From Pseudomonadota bacterium (GTDB taxonomy: Bacteria > Myxococcota_A > UBA9042), in contig JBEARB010000330.1 in NCBI GenBank assembly GCA_041163625.1, forward strand, positions 10,194 through 74,193: a stretch of 64,000 bases of DNA, read 5' to 3'. Position 1 is the first letter of the stretch, and each line of letters starts with the position of its first letter. Under the pieces are notes generated by a model that did not search any database, was not told the origin of the DNA, and worked only from the letters and a program-made list of their open reading frames with translations. Shown here one piece after another: positions 20,543 to 29,169 of the stretch. The position numbers and the translations under genes are program-made.

Positions 20543-22539
20543 AGCGTCCTCCGACGTTGGTAGAGCGCCCACTCGAGCAGCAACAACCCGGCCACGGCGA
20601 CGACCAGGATGGTCCACGCCGGCCACGGCGAGCGCGGCGCGGCGTCGTGCGCGGCGCGGGCGCGGGGAGCCCAGGCGGCCGCGTCGGGCGAGACGCGACT
20701 CGGCTGCTCGGTGGCCGGCAGGATCGTCGGTCGCGCGATCTCGAAGCCTTCATGGCTGCGCCAGACGTGGATGCCCTGCACTTCGCTGCTCGCGAGCAGC
20801 GCGTCGTCGCTCGCGAAGGCGGCGCGCGCGGGCGTCCCGGGCTCGGTCCAGGTCCAGCGCTCGGCTGCGACCGGAAGCCCCAGCGCCCAGGGCCGACCGA
20901 CCTCGAGCGGCCCGACGACGGCCTCGTCTTCGCCCGCCAGCCACTCGACGGCGTTGCTCACCAGCAGCGGCAGGAAGTAGCGGCCGCCGAGGTCGGTCTC
21001 CAGCAGGTCCAACCCGAAGACCAGGCCGCGCACGCCGGCGTCCGTAGCGTAGGCCAAGGCGACGCCACCGCGCTCGCGCAGGAGCACCCGCGCACCGGTC
21101 GGCGGCGTCAACGGACGGACTTGGTCGACGTTGCCGTCCTGCAGCGAGAGACCGCGGACCACGGGATGTTCGTCGTCGCCCACCGCCAGCTCGCCGGCGC
21201 TGCGGGGCTCGGCGTCGCCGGCGGCGCCGTGCTGTCCGGCGCGCAAATCGAAGCGCCACGTGGGCGTGCCGTCGGGCGCCGGGGCGTCGACTTGGTCCAG
21301 GACCACGACGTCGATGCCGTGACCGAGCCGGCGGCTGCGGGCGAAATTGGCGGGCTGGTAGGCGTCGGGCGCAAGCCGGCGGACGTCGAAGCCGTCGTTG
21401 GCCAGGAGCGCGGCCTCGAGGAAGAGGTTGCCGCGGCCGACGAGCAGCACGCCCACCTTGCGGCGACGCGCCGCGACACCGAAGCCCCAATCGTCGTAGG
21501 GGGCGACGTCGCGCCAAGCGGCGCCGTCGGCGGGGCGGACCTGCACCGCGAAGCGACCGGGGGCCAGCGTGACGTCGGCGAACGCGACGCTCTGCACGGC
21601 CCGCGGTGCCAGTTCGACGACCTGCTCGGCGACGACGCTCTCGGCGCGCGCGAAGTCCACCGGGCCCTGGCCTTCGCGATCGGCCGAGAGCAGCACGCGC
21701 AGCCGGGTGGCGACGCCGCGATCGTTGCGGATCCGCGCCGTCACCACGCCGCGACCGGGGTCGGCTTCGGCAGCGCGGACACCGACGCGCTCGACGGCGG
21801 CGTTGTCGACGAGGCGGCCTTCGGCGGCGGCTTCGGGGCCCACGCGCCGCACGCGAATCGGGACGCCTCGCATCGACTCGGGCACGACGAAGCCGGTGGT
21901 ACTCGGGCCGCCGTCGGTGACCACGACCACGCGCGGCATCGTGCGCTCACGGACCGCATCGACCGCCGCTCGCAGCGCCCGCTCGAGGTCCAGGCCGGCA
22001 TCGGTGCTGCGCAGACCGGCGATCGCTGCGCGGACGGTCTGCGCCTCGTCACTCCAGGGGGCCTGTGTCCGCGGCGCGGCGGCGGCGGCGACGACCAGGA
22101 AGCGTTCGCGCGGCAACGCGTCGGCGACGATCTCGTCCAGCGCTTCCTGCGCGAGCTCGAGCCGGGTGCGCGGGAGCAGACCGGGCCCGGGATCGCCATC
22201 GACGGTCGCCATCGTCGCGGAGACGTCGACCAGCAGCACGGTATGGGTCGCCGGCGGCTGCTGGCGCTCCCGCAGCGCGCGCAGCCCCAGCGGCCCTTCG
22301 GCCAACGCGGCGAGCAGCCCGCTCGTGCAGGTCGCGAGGAAGAGCCACGAAAAGAACCGGCGCCATCGACGCCCGATGCGGCGCGACTCGGCGCGCTCGA
22401 GTACGGTGCGCCAGAGCGCGCCGAAGGGCACCGCCACCTGGCGACGGCGCGGCTCGAGCAGATAGAGCAGCGTCAGCACGGCGAGCGCGCCTGCCGCCCA
22501 CGGCCACCAGGCCTGCAGGGTATCGAAGGGGGCGATCAC
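20539..22539 (-). CDS. BatA-like VWA-domain membrane protein
   Basis: The GTG start overlaps the DUF58 stop (GTGA). N-terminal double-TM domain typical of the aerotolerance BatA N-terminus. VWA MIDAS (VLLVDVSATM). C-terminal TM helix. Confidence 0.7.
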   Translation of the reverse strand: MIAPFDTLQAWWPWAAGALAVLTLLYLLEPRRRQVAVPFGALWRTVLERAESRRIGRRWRRFFSWLFLATCTSGLLAALAEGPLGLRALRERQQPPATHTVLLVDVSATMATVDGDPGPGLLPRTRLELAQEALDEIVADALPRERFLVVAAAAAPRTQAPWSDEAQTVRAAIAGLRSTDAGLDLERALRAAVDAVRERTMPRVVVVTDGGPSTTGFVVPESMRGVPIRVRRVGPEAAAEGRLVDNAAVERVGVRAAEADPGRGVVTARIRNDRGVATRLRVLLSADREGQGPVDFARAESVVAEQVVELAPRAVQSVAFADVTLAPGRFAVQVRPADGAAWRDVAPYDDWGFGVAARRRKVGVLLVGRGNLFLEAALLANDGFDVRRLAPDAYQPANFARSRRLGHGIDVVVLDQVDAPAPDGTPTWRFDLRAGQHGAAGDAEPRSAGELAVGDDEHPVVRGLSLQDGNVDQVRPLTPPTGARVLLRERGGVALAYATDAGVRGLVFGLDLLETDLGGRYFLPLLVSNAVEWLAGEDEAVVGPLEVGRPWALGLPVAAERWTWTEPGTPARAAFASDDALLASSEVQGIHVWRSHEGFEIARPTILPATEQPSRVSPDAAAWAPRARAAHDAAPRSPWPAWTILVVAVAGLLLLEWALYQRRRTL

Positions 22540-23468
22540 CCGAGGAAGCCTCCGAGGCGGAAGATCTTCATCACGACCTCGTCGAAGGGGGTGGCGACGT
22601 CGACCCGTAGCGCGCGGGCGCCGACCTCGCGCGCCGCGGATTCCACGCGCGCCGAGAGCTCCTCGAAGACCTCCCGGTAGGTGGCGACGATCTCGGGCGT
22701 GAGCCAGATCTCCTGCCGCTCGCCGGTCTCGACGTCGACCAGCGTCAGGTCGCCGTAGATCTCGGCGCGGAACAGCCGCTCGTCGGCCAGCTGCAGCACC
22801 ATCGGCTCGTACCCGCGGGCGGCGAGGTCGCGCAGGCCGTCGCCGAGGCCGTCCGGGTCGTAGAGGTCGGAGATCAGCACGACGAGCCCCCGCCGCGGCT
22901 TGAAGCGCAGGAAGTCGCGGATCGAGTCGTGGATCGCGGTGCGACCGGCGGGCTCGAGCGCCGAGAGGGTACGCAGGATGCGGAAGAGCTGCGCGCGGCC
23001 GCGCACCGGGCGCTCGGGGCGCGCGCGACCGTCCGCCATCGGCGCGACCGAGACACGGTCGAGGTTGCCGAGCGCGATGTAGGCGAGCGCGGCGGTGATC
23101 TGCAAGGCACGATCGAACAGGCTCGGTTCACCGGGCGGCGCCATCGCCATGGACGGGCTGCGGTCGAGCAGGAAATAGACCGAGAGGTCCTCTTCCTCCT
23201 CGTATTGGCGCAGGAGCATCCGTTTGGTGCGACCGTAGACCTTCCAATCGAGGTGGCGCAGGTCGTCGCCGGGGCTGTAGTCGCGATGGTCGGCGAACTC
23301 GATGCCGCCGCCGATCTTCTTGCTGCGCCGCGCCGCCCGCTGCCCCGAGGAGGCCATCCGGCGCGCGAGCAAGGTCAGGTGCTCGATGCGGCGCAGGAAC
23401 GCCGCGTCGAAGAGATCGTCGCGGATCCCGGCGTGCGCGCCCCCGGCGGCGGGCCGCGACTCAGCCAC
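22536..23468 (-). CDS. DUF58-domain protein (MoxR-associated)
   Basis: DUF58 signature (ADHRDYSPGDDLRHLDWKVYGRT). 8-nt overlap with the moxR stop. Confidence 0.8.
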   Translation of the reverse strand: MAESRPAAGGAHAGIRDDLFDAAFLRRIEHLTLLARRMASSGQRAARRSKKIGGGIEFADHRDYSPGDDLRHLDWKVYGRTKRMLLRQYEEEEDLSVYFLLDRSPSMAMAPPGEPSLFDRALQITAALAYIALGNLDRVSVAPMADGRARPERPVRGRAQLFRILRTLSALEPAGRTAIHDSIRDFLRFKPRRGLVVLISDLYDPDGLGDGLRDLAARGYEPMVLQLADERLFRAEIYGDLTLVDVETGERQEIWLTPEIVATYREVFEELSARVESAAREVGARALRVDVATPFDEVVMKIFRLGGFLG

Positions 23469-24507
23469 CGGCGACCTGCTTGCCGACCTCTTGCAGGATG
23501 GCGTCGAGGACCTTGTCGCTGGCGACGCCGTCGGCTTCGGCGTCGAAGTTCAGCAGCACGCGATGGCGCAGGACCGGGCGCGCGAGCGCCTGCACGTCTT
23601 CGCGCGCGGCGTTGGGGCGACCGTCGAAGAGCGCGCGCATCTTCGCGCCCAAGATCAGCGCCTGCACCGCACGCGGGCTCGCGCCGGCGCGCAGGTATTG
23701 GCGGGCGGCGTCGGCGCCACCGTGGGTGGCCTCGACCACACGAATGGCGAGGTCGACGACGTGGTGGGCGATCGGCACGCCGAGCGCCAGCCGCCGCACG
23801 GCCAGGATATCGTCGCCGTGCAAGATCGCGCCGATCTCGTGCTGCTCGGCCTGCAGCGTGCGCGCGACGATCTCGTGCAGGTCCTGCCGGCTCGGGAAGG
23901 GCACGTCGAGCTTGAACATGAAGCGGTCGAGCTGCGCCTCGGGCAACGGGTAGGTGCCTTCCATCTCCAGCGGGTTCTGCGTCGCCATCACGAAGAAGGG
24001 CTTGGGCAGTTGGAGCGTCTCGCGCCCGATGGTCACGCGGCCCTCGGCCATCGCCTCGAGCAACGCCGATTGGGTCTTGGGCGTGGCGCGGTTGACCTCG
24101 TCGGCCAGCAGCAAGTTGGTGAAGACCGGGCCCTTGCGGAGTTCCAGACCACGGCCGCCGCGGCCGTCCTCGGCCAGCATGTGCGTGCCGACGATATCGG
24201 TCGGCATCAGGTCCGGGGTGAACTGCACGCGCGAGAAGTCGAGATCGACCGCCGCGGCGAGCGTACGCACGAGCATGGTCTTGCCGACACCCGGTACGCC
24301 CTCGAGCAAGATGTGGCCGCCGCAGAACAGGCCGATCAGCGCCCCCTCGACCACGGCGTCCTGCCCGACGATGACCTCGCCGACACCGGCGCGCAGGGCG
24401 CCCAAGCGGTCCCGGACCCAGGCGAGCGCGTCGGCGAGGCGAGCCTCGTCGGCGAGCGCCGCTTCGATGTCGGGGCGCGCCCCTGTCGAATCCGAAGCCT
24501 TGGTCAT
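23461..24507 (-). CDS. MoxR-family AAA+ ATPase
   Basis: Start at MTKASDST; the ATG overlaps the upstream stop (ATGA). Walker A (GVPGVGKT), Walker B (LLADEVNRA) and the MoxR motif ATQNP. Confidence 0.85.
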   Translation of the reverse strand: MTKASDSTGARPDIEAALADEARLADALAWVRDRLGALRAGVGEVIVGQDAVVEGALIGLFCGGHILLEGVPGVGKTMLVRTLAAAVDLDFSRVQFTPDLMPTDIVGTHMLAEDGRGGRGLELRKGPVFTNLLLADEVNRATPKTQSALLEAMAEGRVTIGRETLQLPKPFFVMATQNPLEMEGTYPLPEAQLDRFMFKLDVPFPSRQDLHEIVARTLQAEQHEIGAILHGDDILAVRRLALGVPIAHHVVDLAIRVVEATHGGADAARQYLRAGASPRAVQALILGAKMRALFDGRPNAAREDVQALARPVLRHRVLLNFDAEADGVASDKVLDAILQEVGKQVAGG

Positions 24508-26828
24508 CGTGTGCTCCTCTGCGTTTGCGCCGCGCGCGGTCGGATCAGCTCGTAGTAGCGGCGAACCATCGCCTTGCGTCCCGGCGGCAGGGACTCCTTC
24601 TCGAGCATCTCCTGCGCTACTTCCGCATATTCCGAATAGACCTCGCGCCACCCGGTGCGGGCGAAGCCCTTGCGAGCCGCGTCGACGAAGACGTCCTTGG
24701 TGCTCGGCCCTTCGCCGTGCTTGCCGCGAACCTGCTCGGTCCGGGCCGTGCCCTTGCGGGCGCCCTTGCCCTCGAGGTCGCGGCCGTCCTCGTGGCCGTA
24801 GGTCTTGCCGCGCCCACCGTCGCCGCCGCCCTGCTGCTGGAGCTGTTGGCCATCGGCCATCTGCTGCATCCGGCGGTCGTCGGAGAGCTCGCCCTGGCCG
24901 AGCCGCGTGGAGCGCTTGCGGCCCGAGCCTCCGGGCTGCGAGGGGCCACCGGACTCGCCCTGGCCGGCGGCTTGCCGGCGCCGCGCGGCGGCGCGTTCCT
25001 TGGCGGCCGCCTCGGCAGCCGCTCGGCCCTGCTTGCCGGCGCCGTCGCGTGGCTCTCCGCGCTGGCCGGACTGCGCGTCGCGTCCCTCTTCCTCGCCTTG
25101 CTTTCCGCCGCCCTCCTCGCCGCGCTGGCCCTTGGACTGCTGACCGCGGGCTCGGTCGGCAAAGTCGCGGCGCTGCGAACGCCCGCGCTCGCCGGCGCGG
25201 CGGAGGGCTTGGCGCAGGTCGCGCAGCCGTCCGTCGCCGATCCGGCGCGCCTGGCGCTCGCGTTGGCCCTGGCCCTGTCGACGCATCTCCTGCGCCGCCC
25301 GCTGCATCTGCTGGCGGACCTGTCCGGCGAGCGCCTTGCGCTGCTGCTGGCGTCGCGCCTCGCCCTCGGCACCGCCGCCCTTCTGTCGATCGATGCGGCT
25401 ACGCTCCTGCTGCATCCGACGCATCTCGTCGGCCGCTTGGCGAGCACCGCGCTCGAGACGCTGCAGCTGCCGTCCGGCCCCGGCGACGTCGCCGTGCTCG
25501 CGGCGCAACGCGTCCATCGCCCGGCGGGCGTTGTGCAGTCGGCGGTTCTCGGCCGGGGTCAGGCCGCCCTGTTGCTGGCGCTTCTGCTCGAGCCGGCGAA
25601 TGCGATCGGCGAGTTGCTGGAACTGCTTGGGCACCTCCTTGGCCCCGAGCGCTTTGGCCAGCTTCTCCGCCGCCTTGACCCAACCCTCGAGCTCCTTGTC
25701 GCTCATGTCGCGGTCGGCGAGCTTCTCGAGCGCCTTGGCCATCAGACCGAGGTCGCCCTTCTTGGCGGCGCGCTCGAGTTCGTCGCGCGTGGCGCCCTCG
25801 GGGGCCGCCTCGATCGCCTTCTCGACCGCCTTGGAGAGCGCCTTCTGTACCGCCCGATCGCGATCACGCTCGGCCGCGGCGGCGGCCTCGCGCGAGACGG
25901 GCTGATTCGGATCGCCGCTGGGATCACCGCTGCGAGCCTGCTCGGGTGGCTCGGGGCGCTCGGCCTCGAGCTCCGCGAGCTTGGCGAGCGCTGCGCGGCG
26001 ATCGAGCTTGCCGCTCTCGACGTCCTCGAGGACGCCTTTGACCCGATGCAGCCACGCGCGGGTCGGTGCGTCATCGACCTGGGCGGCCACGTCGGCGATC
26101 AGCTCGGCGTCCGCGCGCAGCAACTCGAGGGCATCGGCGCCCAGCAGCTCGGCCGCGACGACGACGCCGGCGTGGCCTGGGGGTAGGTCGAGGAGCAGGC
26201 CGTCGGCCCGCTGGCCGTCGATGCGGTCGCCGAGGAGCCACACCTGCGGCACGACCAGCGCCAGCATCGCGGCGACGGCGCCGGCAACGACCCAGCCGAG
26301 CCCGGCAGGCCGCGGCATCGGCAGCAGCGCGACGAGATCGAGCCCGGCAGCGGCGGACTCGGCGTGTCGCGCTTGCAGCATGGCGAACGGATCGTCGCGC
26401 CCCTGGCGCGCCAAGTCGAGCGCCGTGCTGATGTGGTCACCGCCACCGACCCGCAGATCCAACGCTCCCGCAGCGGCCAACCAACCCGGTCGGCGCCCCA
26501 TCGCCCAGGCGACGCCGAGCAGGCCCGCGATCGCGAGCACCAGCGCGGCCCCCACATCCCAGGCAGCCGGCCACAGCCCTGCCCGGGCCGCGAGCGCCCA
26601 GCCCGCGTAGGCCAGCATGGCCGGGGCCGCGACGTACGCGAGGCGGCCCAGCGCGCCGGCCCACCAGAGCCGACGTCGGGCGCGGCGCACCACGTCGATC
26701 ACCGCCGAGACCCGCGCGCGGCGCGGTGCCGACAGATGGACGGGACGCAGCGTGGCGGGAAGTGGGGTGGTGGTGGCTCGGCTCAACGCGATCTCCGGGC
26801 CGACGCAGCCGGCGTGGGGGCAACCCAC
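24504..26828 (-). CDS. membrane protein with a long R/Q/E/G-rich charged low-complexity region (hypothetical)
   Basis: First gene of the Bat-like string. About 4 N-terminal TM helices. A ~450-aa charged low-complexity region (RRQQQRK..., QGQGQRERQARR...). A conserved-looking C-terminus (TGWREVYSEYAEVAQEMLEKE). Start uncertain. Confidence 0.5.
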   Translation of the reverse strand: MGCPHAGCVGPEIALSRATTTPLPATLRPVHLSAPRRARVSAVIDVVRRARRRLWWAGALGRLAYVAAPAMLAYAGWALAARAGLWPAAWDVGAALVLAIAGLLGVAWAMGRRPGWLAAAGALDLRVGGGDHISTALDLARQGRDDPFAMLQARHAESAAAGLDLVALLPMPRPAGLGWVVAGAVAAMLALVVPQVWLLGDRIDGQRADGLLLDLPPGHAGVVVAAELLGADALELLRADAELIADVAAQVDDAPTRAWLHRVKGVLEDVESGKLDRRAALAKLAELEAERPEPPEQARSGDPSGDPNQPVSREAAAAAERDRDRAVQKALSKAVEKAIEAAPEGATRDELERAAKKGDLGLMAKALEKLADRDMSDKELEGWVKAAEKLAKALGAKEVPKQFQQLADRIRRLEQKRQQQGGLTPAENRRLHNARRAMDALRREHGDVAGAGRQLQRLERGARQAADEMRRMQQERSRIDRQKGGGAEGEARRQQQRKALAGQVRQQMQRAAQEMRRQGQGQRERQARRIGDGRLRDLRQALRRAGERGRSQRRDFADRARGQQSKGQRGEEGGGKQGEEEGRDAQSGQRGEPRDGAGKQGRAAAEAAAKERAAARRRQAAGQGESGGPSQPGGSGRKRSTRLGQGELSDDRRMQQMADGQQLQQQGGGDGGRGKTYGHEDGRDLEGKGARKGTARTEQVRGKHGEGPSTKDVFVDAARKGFARTGWREVYSEYAEVAQEMLEKESLPPGRKAMVRRYYELIRPRAAQTQRSTR

Positions 26829-26921
26829 GAGATGCGGCGCCTCTTCCCGATTTCGACGCGCGGGAAGCCGATCGGATTCAGCACGAGCCGCAAGAGGTCG
26901 TCAAACCGGACGCCTCGACGC

Positions 26922-26968
26922 AAAAATGCCGATCCGCCCCGGCGCGGTCTGCGTCCGGGGCTGATCGG
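26922..26968 (-). terminator. intrinsic terminator-like hairpin
   Basis: A 14-bp GC-rich stem with one mismatch (ccgatccgccccgg / ccggggctgatcgg) and a 12-nt loop, followed on the minus strand by TTTTT. It lies ~50 nt downstream of the 54-aa gene. Confidence 0.4.
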
Positions 26969-27013
26969 CGTGGACTCGTCTGCTGTCCGGCGGTTGCCGG
27001 ACCGTCGACCGGG

Positions 27014-27178
27014 CTAGCGGCGGACGGTATCGAGCGAGATGGCCTCACCGAGGGCGGCCTCGAGCACCTTCTCGCTCTGAATGCGGTGCGCGCGACGGAT
27101 CTCGGCCTTGCGGCCAGCGCCGGCGGTGCGTCGCTTGTGCTTACGAATCTTGCGGGTCTGTTGAGTAGGCGAAGCCAT
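27014..27178 (-). CDS. small basic protein, 54 aa (hypothetical)
   Basis: MASPTQQTRKIRKHKRRTAGAGRKAEIRRAHRIQSEKVLEAALGEAISLDTVRR. SD GGAGGA 7 nt upstream of the ATG. Own downstream hairpin. Confidence 0.5.
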   Translation of the reverse strand: MASPTQQTRKIRKHKRRTAGAGRKAEIRRAHRIQSEKVLEAALGEAISLDTVRR

Positions 27179-27231
27179 GGTGGTCCTCCGTCGGCAAGGG
27201 CAGCGGGTTGTGCACGACTCGCGTCCGTGCG

Positions 27232-27283
27232 TCAAGTGCGAAAGCGAAACGCCGGCCGAGGGACGGGGTCCCCCTGCCGGCGT
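27232..27283 (-). terminator. terminator-like compound hairpin
   Basis: An 8-bp stem (acgccggc / gccggcgt) enclosing a ggggtcccc sub-palindrome, followed on the minus strand by a U-rich tract (ttcgctttcgc). Immediately downstream of the 91-aa gene. Confidence 0.4.
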
Positions 27284-27309
27284 CCGCCTCAGGTCGTTCG
27301 CGACGCGAA

Positions 27310-27585
27310 TCAGATCTTGCGCAGCTCGTCGATGATCTCGGCCTTGATCCGAGCCTCGTCGCTGACCGAGAGCGCGCCCAGGGCGCGTGCCTCGATCGCC
27401 GCGAGGGCGGCGCGGGTCTCGGCGATCTCCTGACCGCGGAACTCGAGCTCGGCGTCCGGCGCGAGCGCGAGACCATGGCGCATACGCACCACCTTCTCCT
27501 CGACGTCGGTGAGCCCGAGCTGCTGCAGGCTGCGTTCGGTCGTCACGCGCGTTTGCGTGGCGGTCCGTGTGCGGGTCCTCGTCAC
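27310..27585 (-). CDS. stand-alone sigma-70 region-4-like small protein
   Basis: GTG start with AAGGGAG 7 nt upstream. LTDVEEKVVRMRHGL...LEFRGQEIAETRAALAAIEARALGAL aligns with sigma-70 region 4 (LTxREEKVLRMRFGI...LEEVG...TRERIRQIEAKALRKL). The recognition-helix arginines are replaced by Ala/Leu. Confidence 0.5.
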   Translation of the reverse strand: MTRTRTRTATQTRVTTERSLQQLGLTDVEEKVVRMRHGLALAPDAELEFRGQEIAETRAALAAIEARALGALSVSDEARIKAEIIDELRKI

Positions 27586-27787
27586 GGTACACTCCCTTTG
27601 CGGCCACGAAGACCGCAGGTTCGGGCGAAACCGCCCGCCAGCAAAGCGCGCGCAGCGCCTCGCCGAAGATTCACGCTACCCGATCCCGGACAAACCGCAA
27701 TTTTTCGATCGTTTCTGCTGCGAACTCGATCACTTGAGCCCAAGATCGGAAGATCGTGTGGAGATCTCGGGGCGGTCCGAACGGCGC

Positions 27788-29140
27788 TCAGGCCTCGCCG
27801 GGCGGTCGCTCCAGTCCGAGCTTCCGAACCACGTACTCGAGGCTCTTGCGATGCAACCCGGTGGCTCGTGCCGCCGCCGACACGTTCCAGCCGTGATGCT
27901 CGAGGGCGCGTTCCCAATAGGCACGCTCGAATGCATCGACCAGCCGAGCCTTGGCATCCTTGAAGGGCAAGTCGAAGCGGACCGGCACGCCGCCCTCTCC
28001 GTGGACGATCGGGGCGTCGGCGGTCTGCACGTCGACCTCGAGCTCGCGACCGGACGAGAGCACGGCGGCCCGCTCGATGGCGTTGCGCAGCTCGCGGATA
28101 TTGCCGGGCCAGGGGTGGCTCTGCAGGCGCTGCATCATCTCGTAGCCGATGGTCATCGGTCGCGTCTTGCCGTCGCGCCGGGCCGCCTCCTCGAGGAAAT
28201 GCTGCGCGAGCATCGGGATGTCCTCGGTGCGGCGCCGCAGCGGCGGCAGCGCCACGCGGACGACGTTCAGCCGCCAGTAGAGGTCTTCGCGGAAGGAGCC
28301 TTCCTTGACCATCTGTCCGAGATCGCGATTGGTCGCGGCGACGATGCGCACATCGACCCGGCGCCGATCGTTGCTGCCGACCGGGCGAACCTCGTGCTTC
28401 TCGAGCGCGCGCAGGAGCTTCGGCTGCAGGTCGAGGTCGAGCTCGCCGATCTCGTCGAGGAAGAGCGTCCCGCCGTCGGCCTCGGCCATCGCGCCGACGC
28501 GCGAGGCGACCGCGCCGGTGAACGCGCCGCGGAGATGCCCGAAGAGCTCGCTCTCGACGAGATTCGGTTGCACGGCCGAGCAGTCGAAGACGACGAACGG
28601 TCCTGCAGCGCGACGGGAGTGGCGGTGCAGCGCCTCGGCGACCAACTCCTTGCCCGTCCCCGACTCGCCCTCGATCAGGACCGTGACCTCGGTCGGAGCG
28701 ACCTTGCCGAGGTGAGCGAAAATCTCGCGCATCGCCGGCGCGTCGCCGAGCAAGTCGCCGAAGCGACGCTCACGTGAGAGCGCCACTTCGTGGGTCTCGG
28801 CCAGGGGTTCGACGAGCAGCTCGACCTGACCGACGCGCAGGGTGGTGCGATCGGTGAGCAGCCCCTCGACCAGGCGGCATCCGCCCATCCAGGTGCCGTT
28901 CTTGCTGCCGAGATCGCGGATTCGGAAGCCGCCGCGCTCGCCCTCGATCTTGAGGTGGTTGCGGGAGACCGACGAGTCCCCCACGACCACGTCGTTATCT
29001 GGCGCGGAGCCGACGTAGAGCAGGCGGCGCTCGAAGACCGTCGGCGCTGTGCCACGGCCACCGACCACGCTGATGCGCAGTCGCGGCAGAGTCAGCCGTT
29101 CGGGCAGAGCTGAGGTCAGGGTGCGGGTGGCGTCGTGCAT
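27788..29140 (-). CDS. sigma-54-dependent transcriptional activator with N-terminal FHA domain
   Basis: Start at MHDATRT. FHA motifs (YVGSAPDNDVVVGDSSVSRNHLKIE...GSKNGTWM). Sigma-54 AAA+ domain (GESGTGKE, GAFTGA, FLDEIGEL, ESELFGH). C-terminal Fis-type HTH. 450 aa. Confidence 0.85.
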   Translation of the reverse strand: MHDATRTLTSALPERLTLPRLRISVVGGRGTAPTVFERRLLYVGSAPDNDVVVGDSSVSRNHLKIEGERGGFRIRDLGSKNGTWMGGCRLVEGLLTDRTTLRVGQVELLVEPLAETHEVALSRERRFGDLLGDAPAMREIFAHLGKVAPTEVTVLIEGESGTGKELVAEALHRHSRRAAGPFVVFDCSAVQPNLVESELFGHLRGAFTGAVASRVGAMAEADGGTLFLDEIGELDLDLQPKLLRALEKHEVRPVGSNDRRRVDVRIVAATNRDLGQMVKEGSFREDLYWRLNVVRVALPPLRRRTEDIPMLAQHFLEEAARRDGKTRPMTIGYEMMQRLQSHPWPGNIRELRNAIERAAVLSSGRELEVDVQTADAPIVHGEGGVPVRFDLPFKDAKARLVDAFERAYWERALEHHGWNVSAAARATGLHRKSLEYVVRKLGLERPPGEA

Positions 29141-29169
29141 CGCTCGGGAGCATGCGCGCCCGGGCGACG

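Noticed and set aside
18221-22680. Plus-strand ORFs 18221..20563 (780 aa) and 20557..22680 (707 aa), and other antisense ORFs across the Bat-like operon
   Set aside because: They are antisense to VWA, DUF58 and MoxR genes that have clear motifs. Their composition is dominated by R/A/G/D from the reverse-complemented GC-rich codons.
27586-27787. Possible sigma-54 promoter (TGGCGGGCGGTTTCGC) upstream of the region-4-like gene
   Set aside because: The -24 GG is present, but the -12 element reads TTCGC rather than TTGC at the required spacing. The match is too weak to call without a PWM scan.
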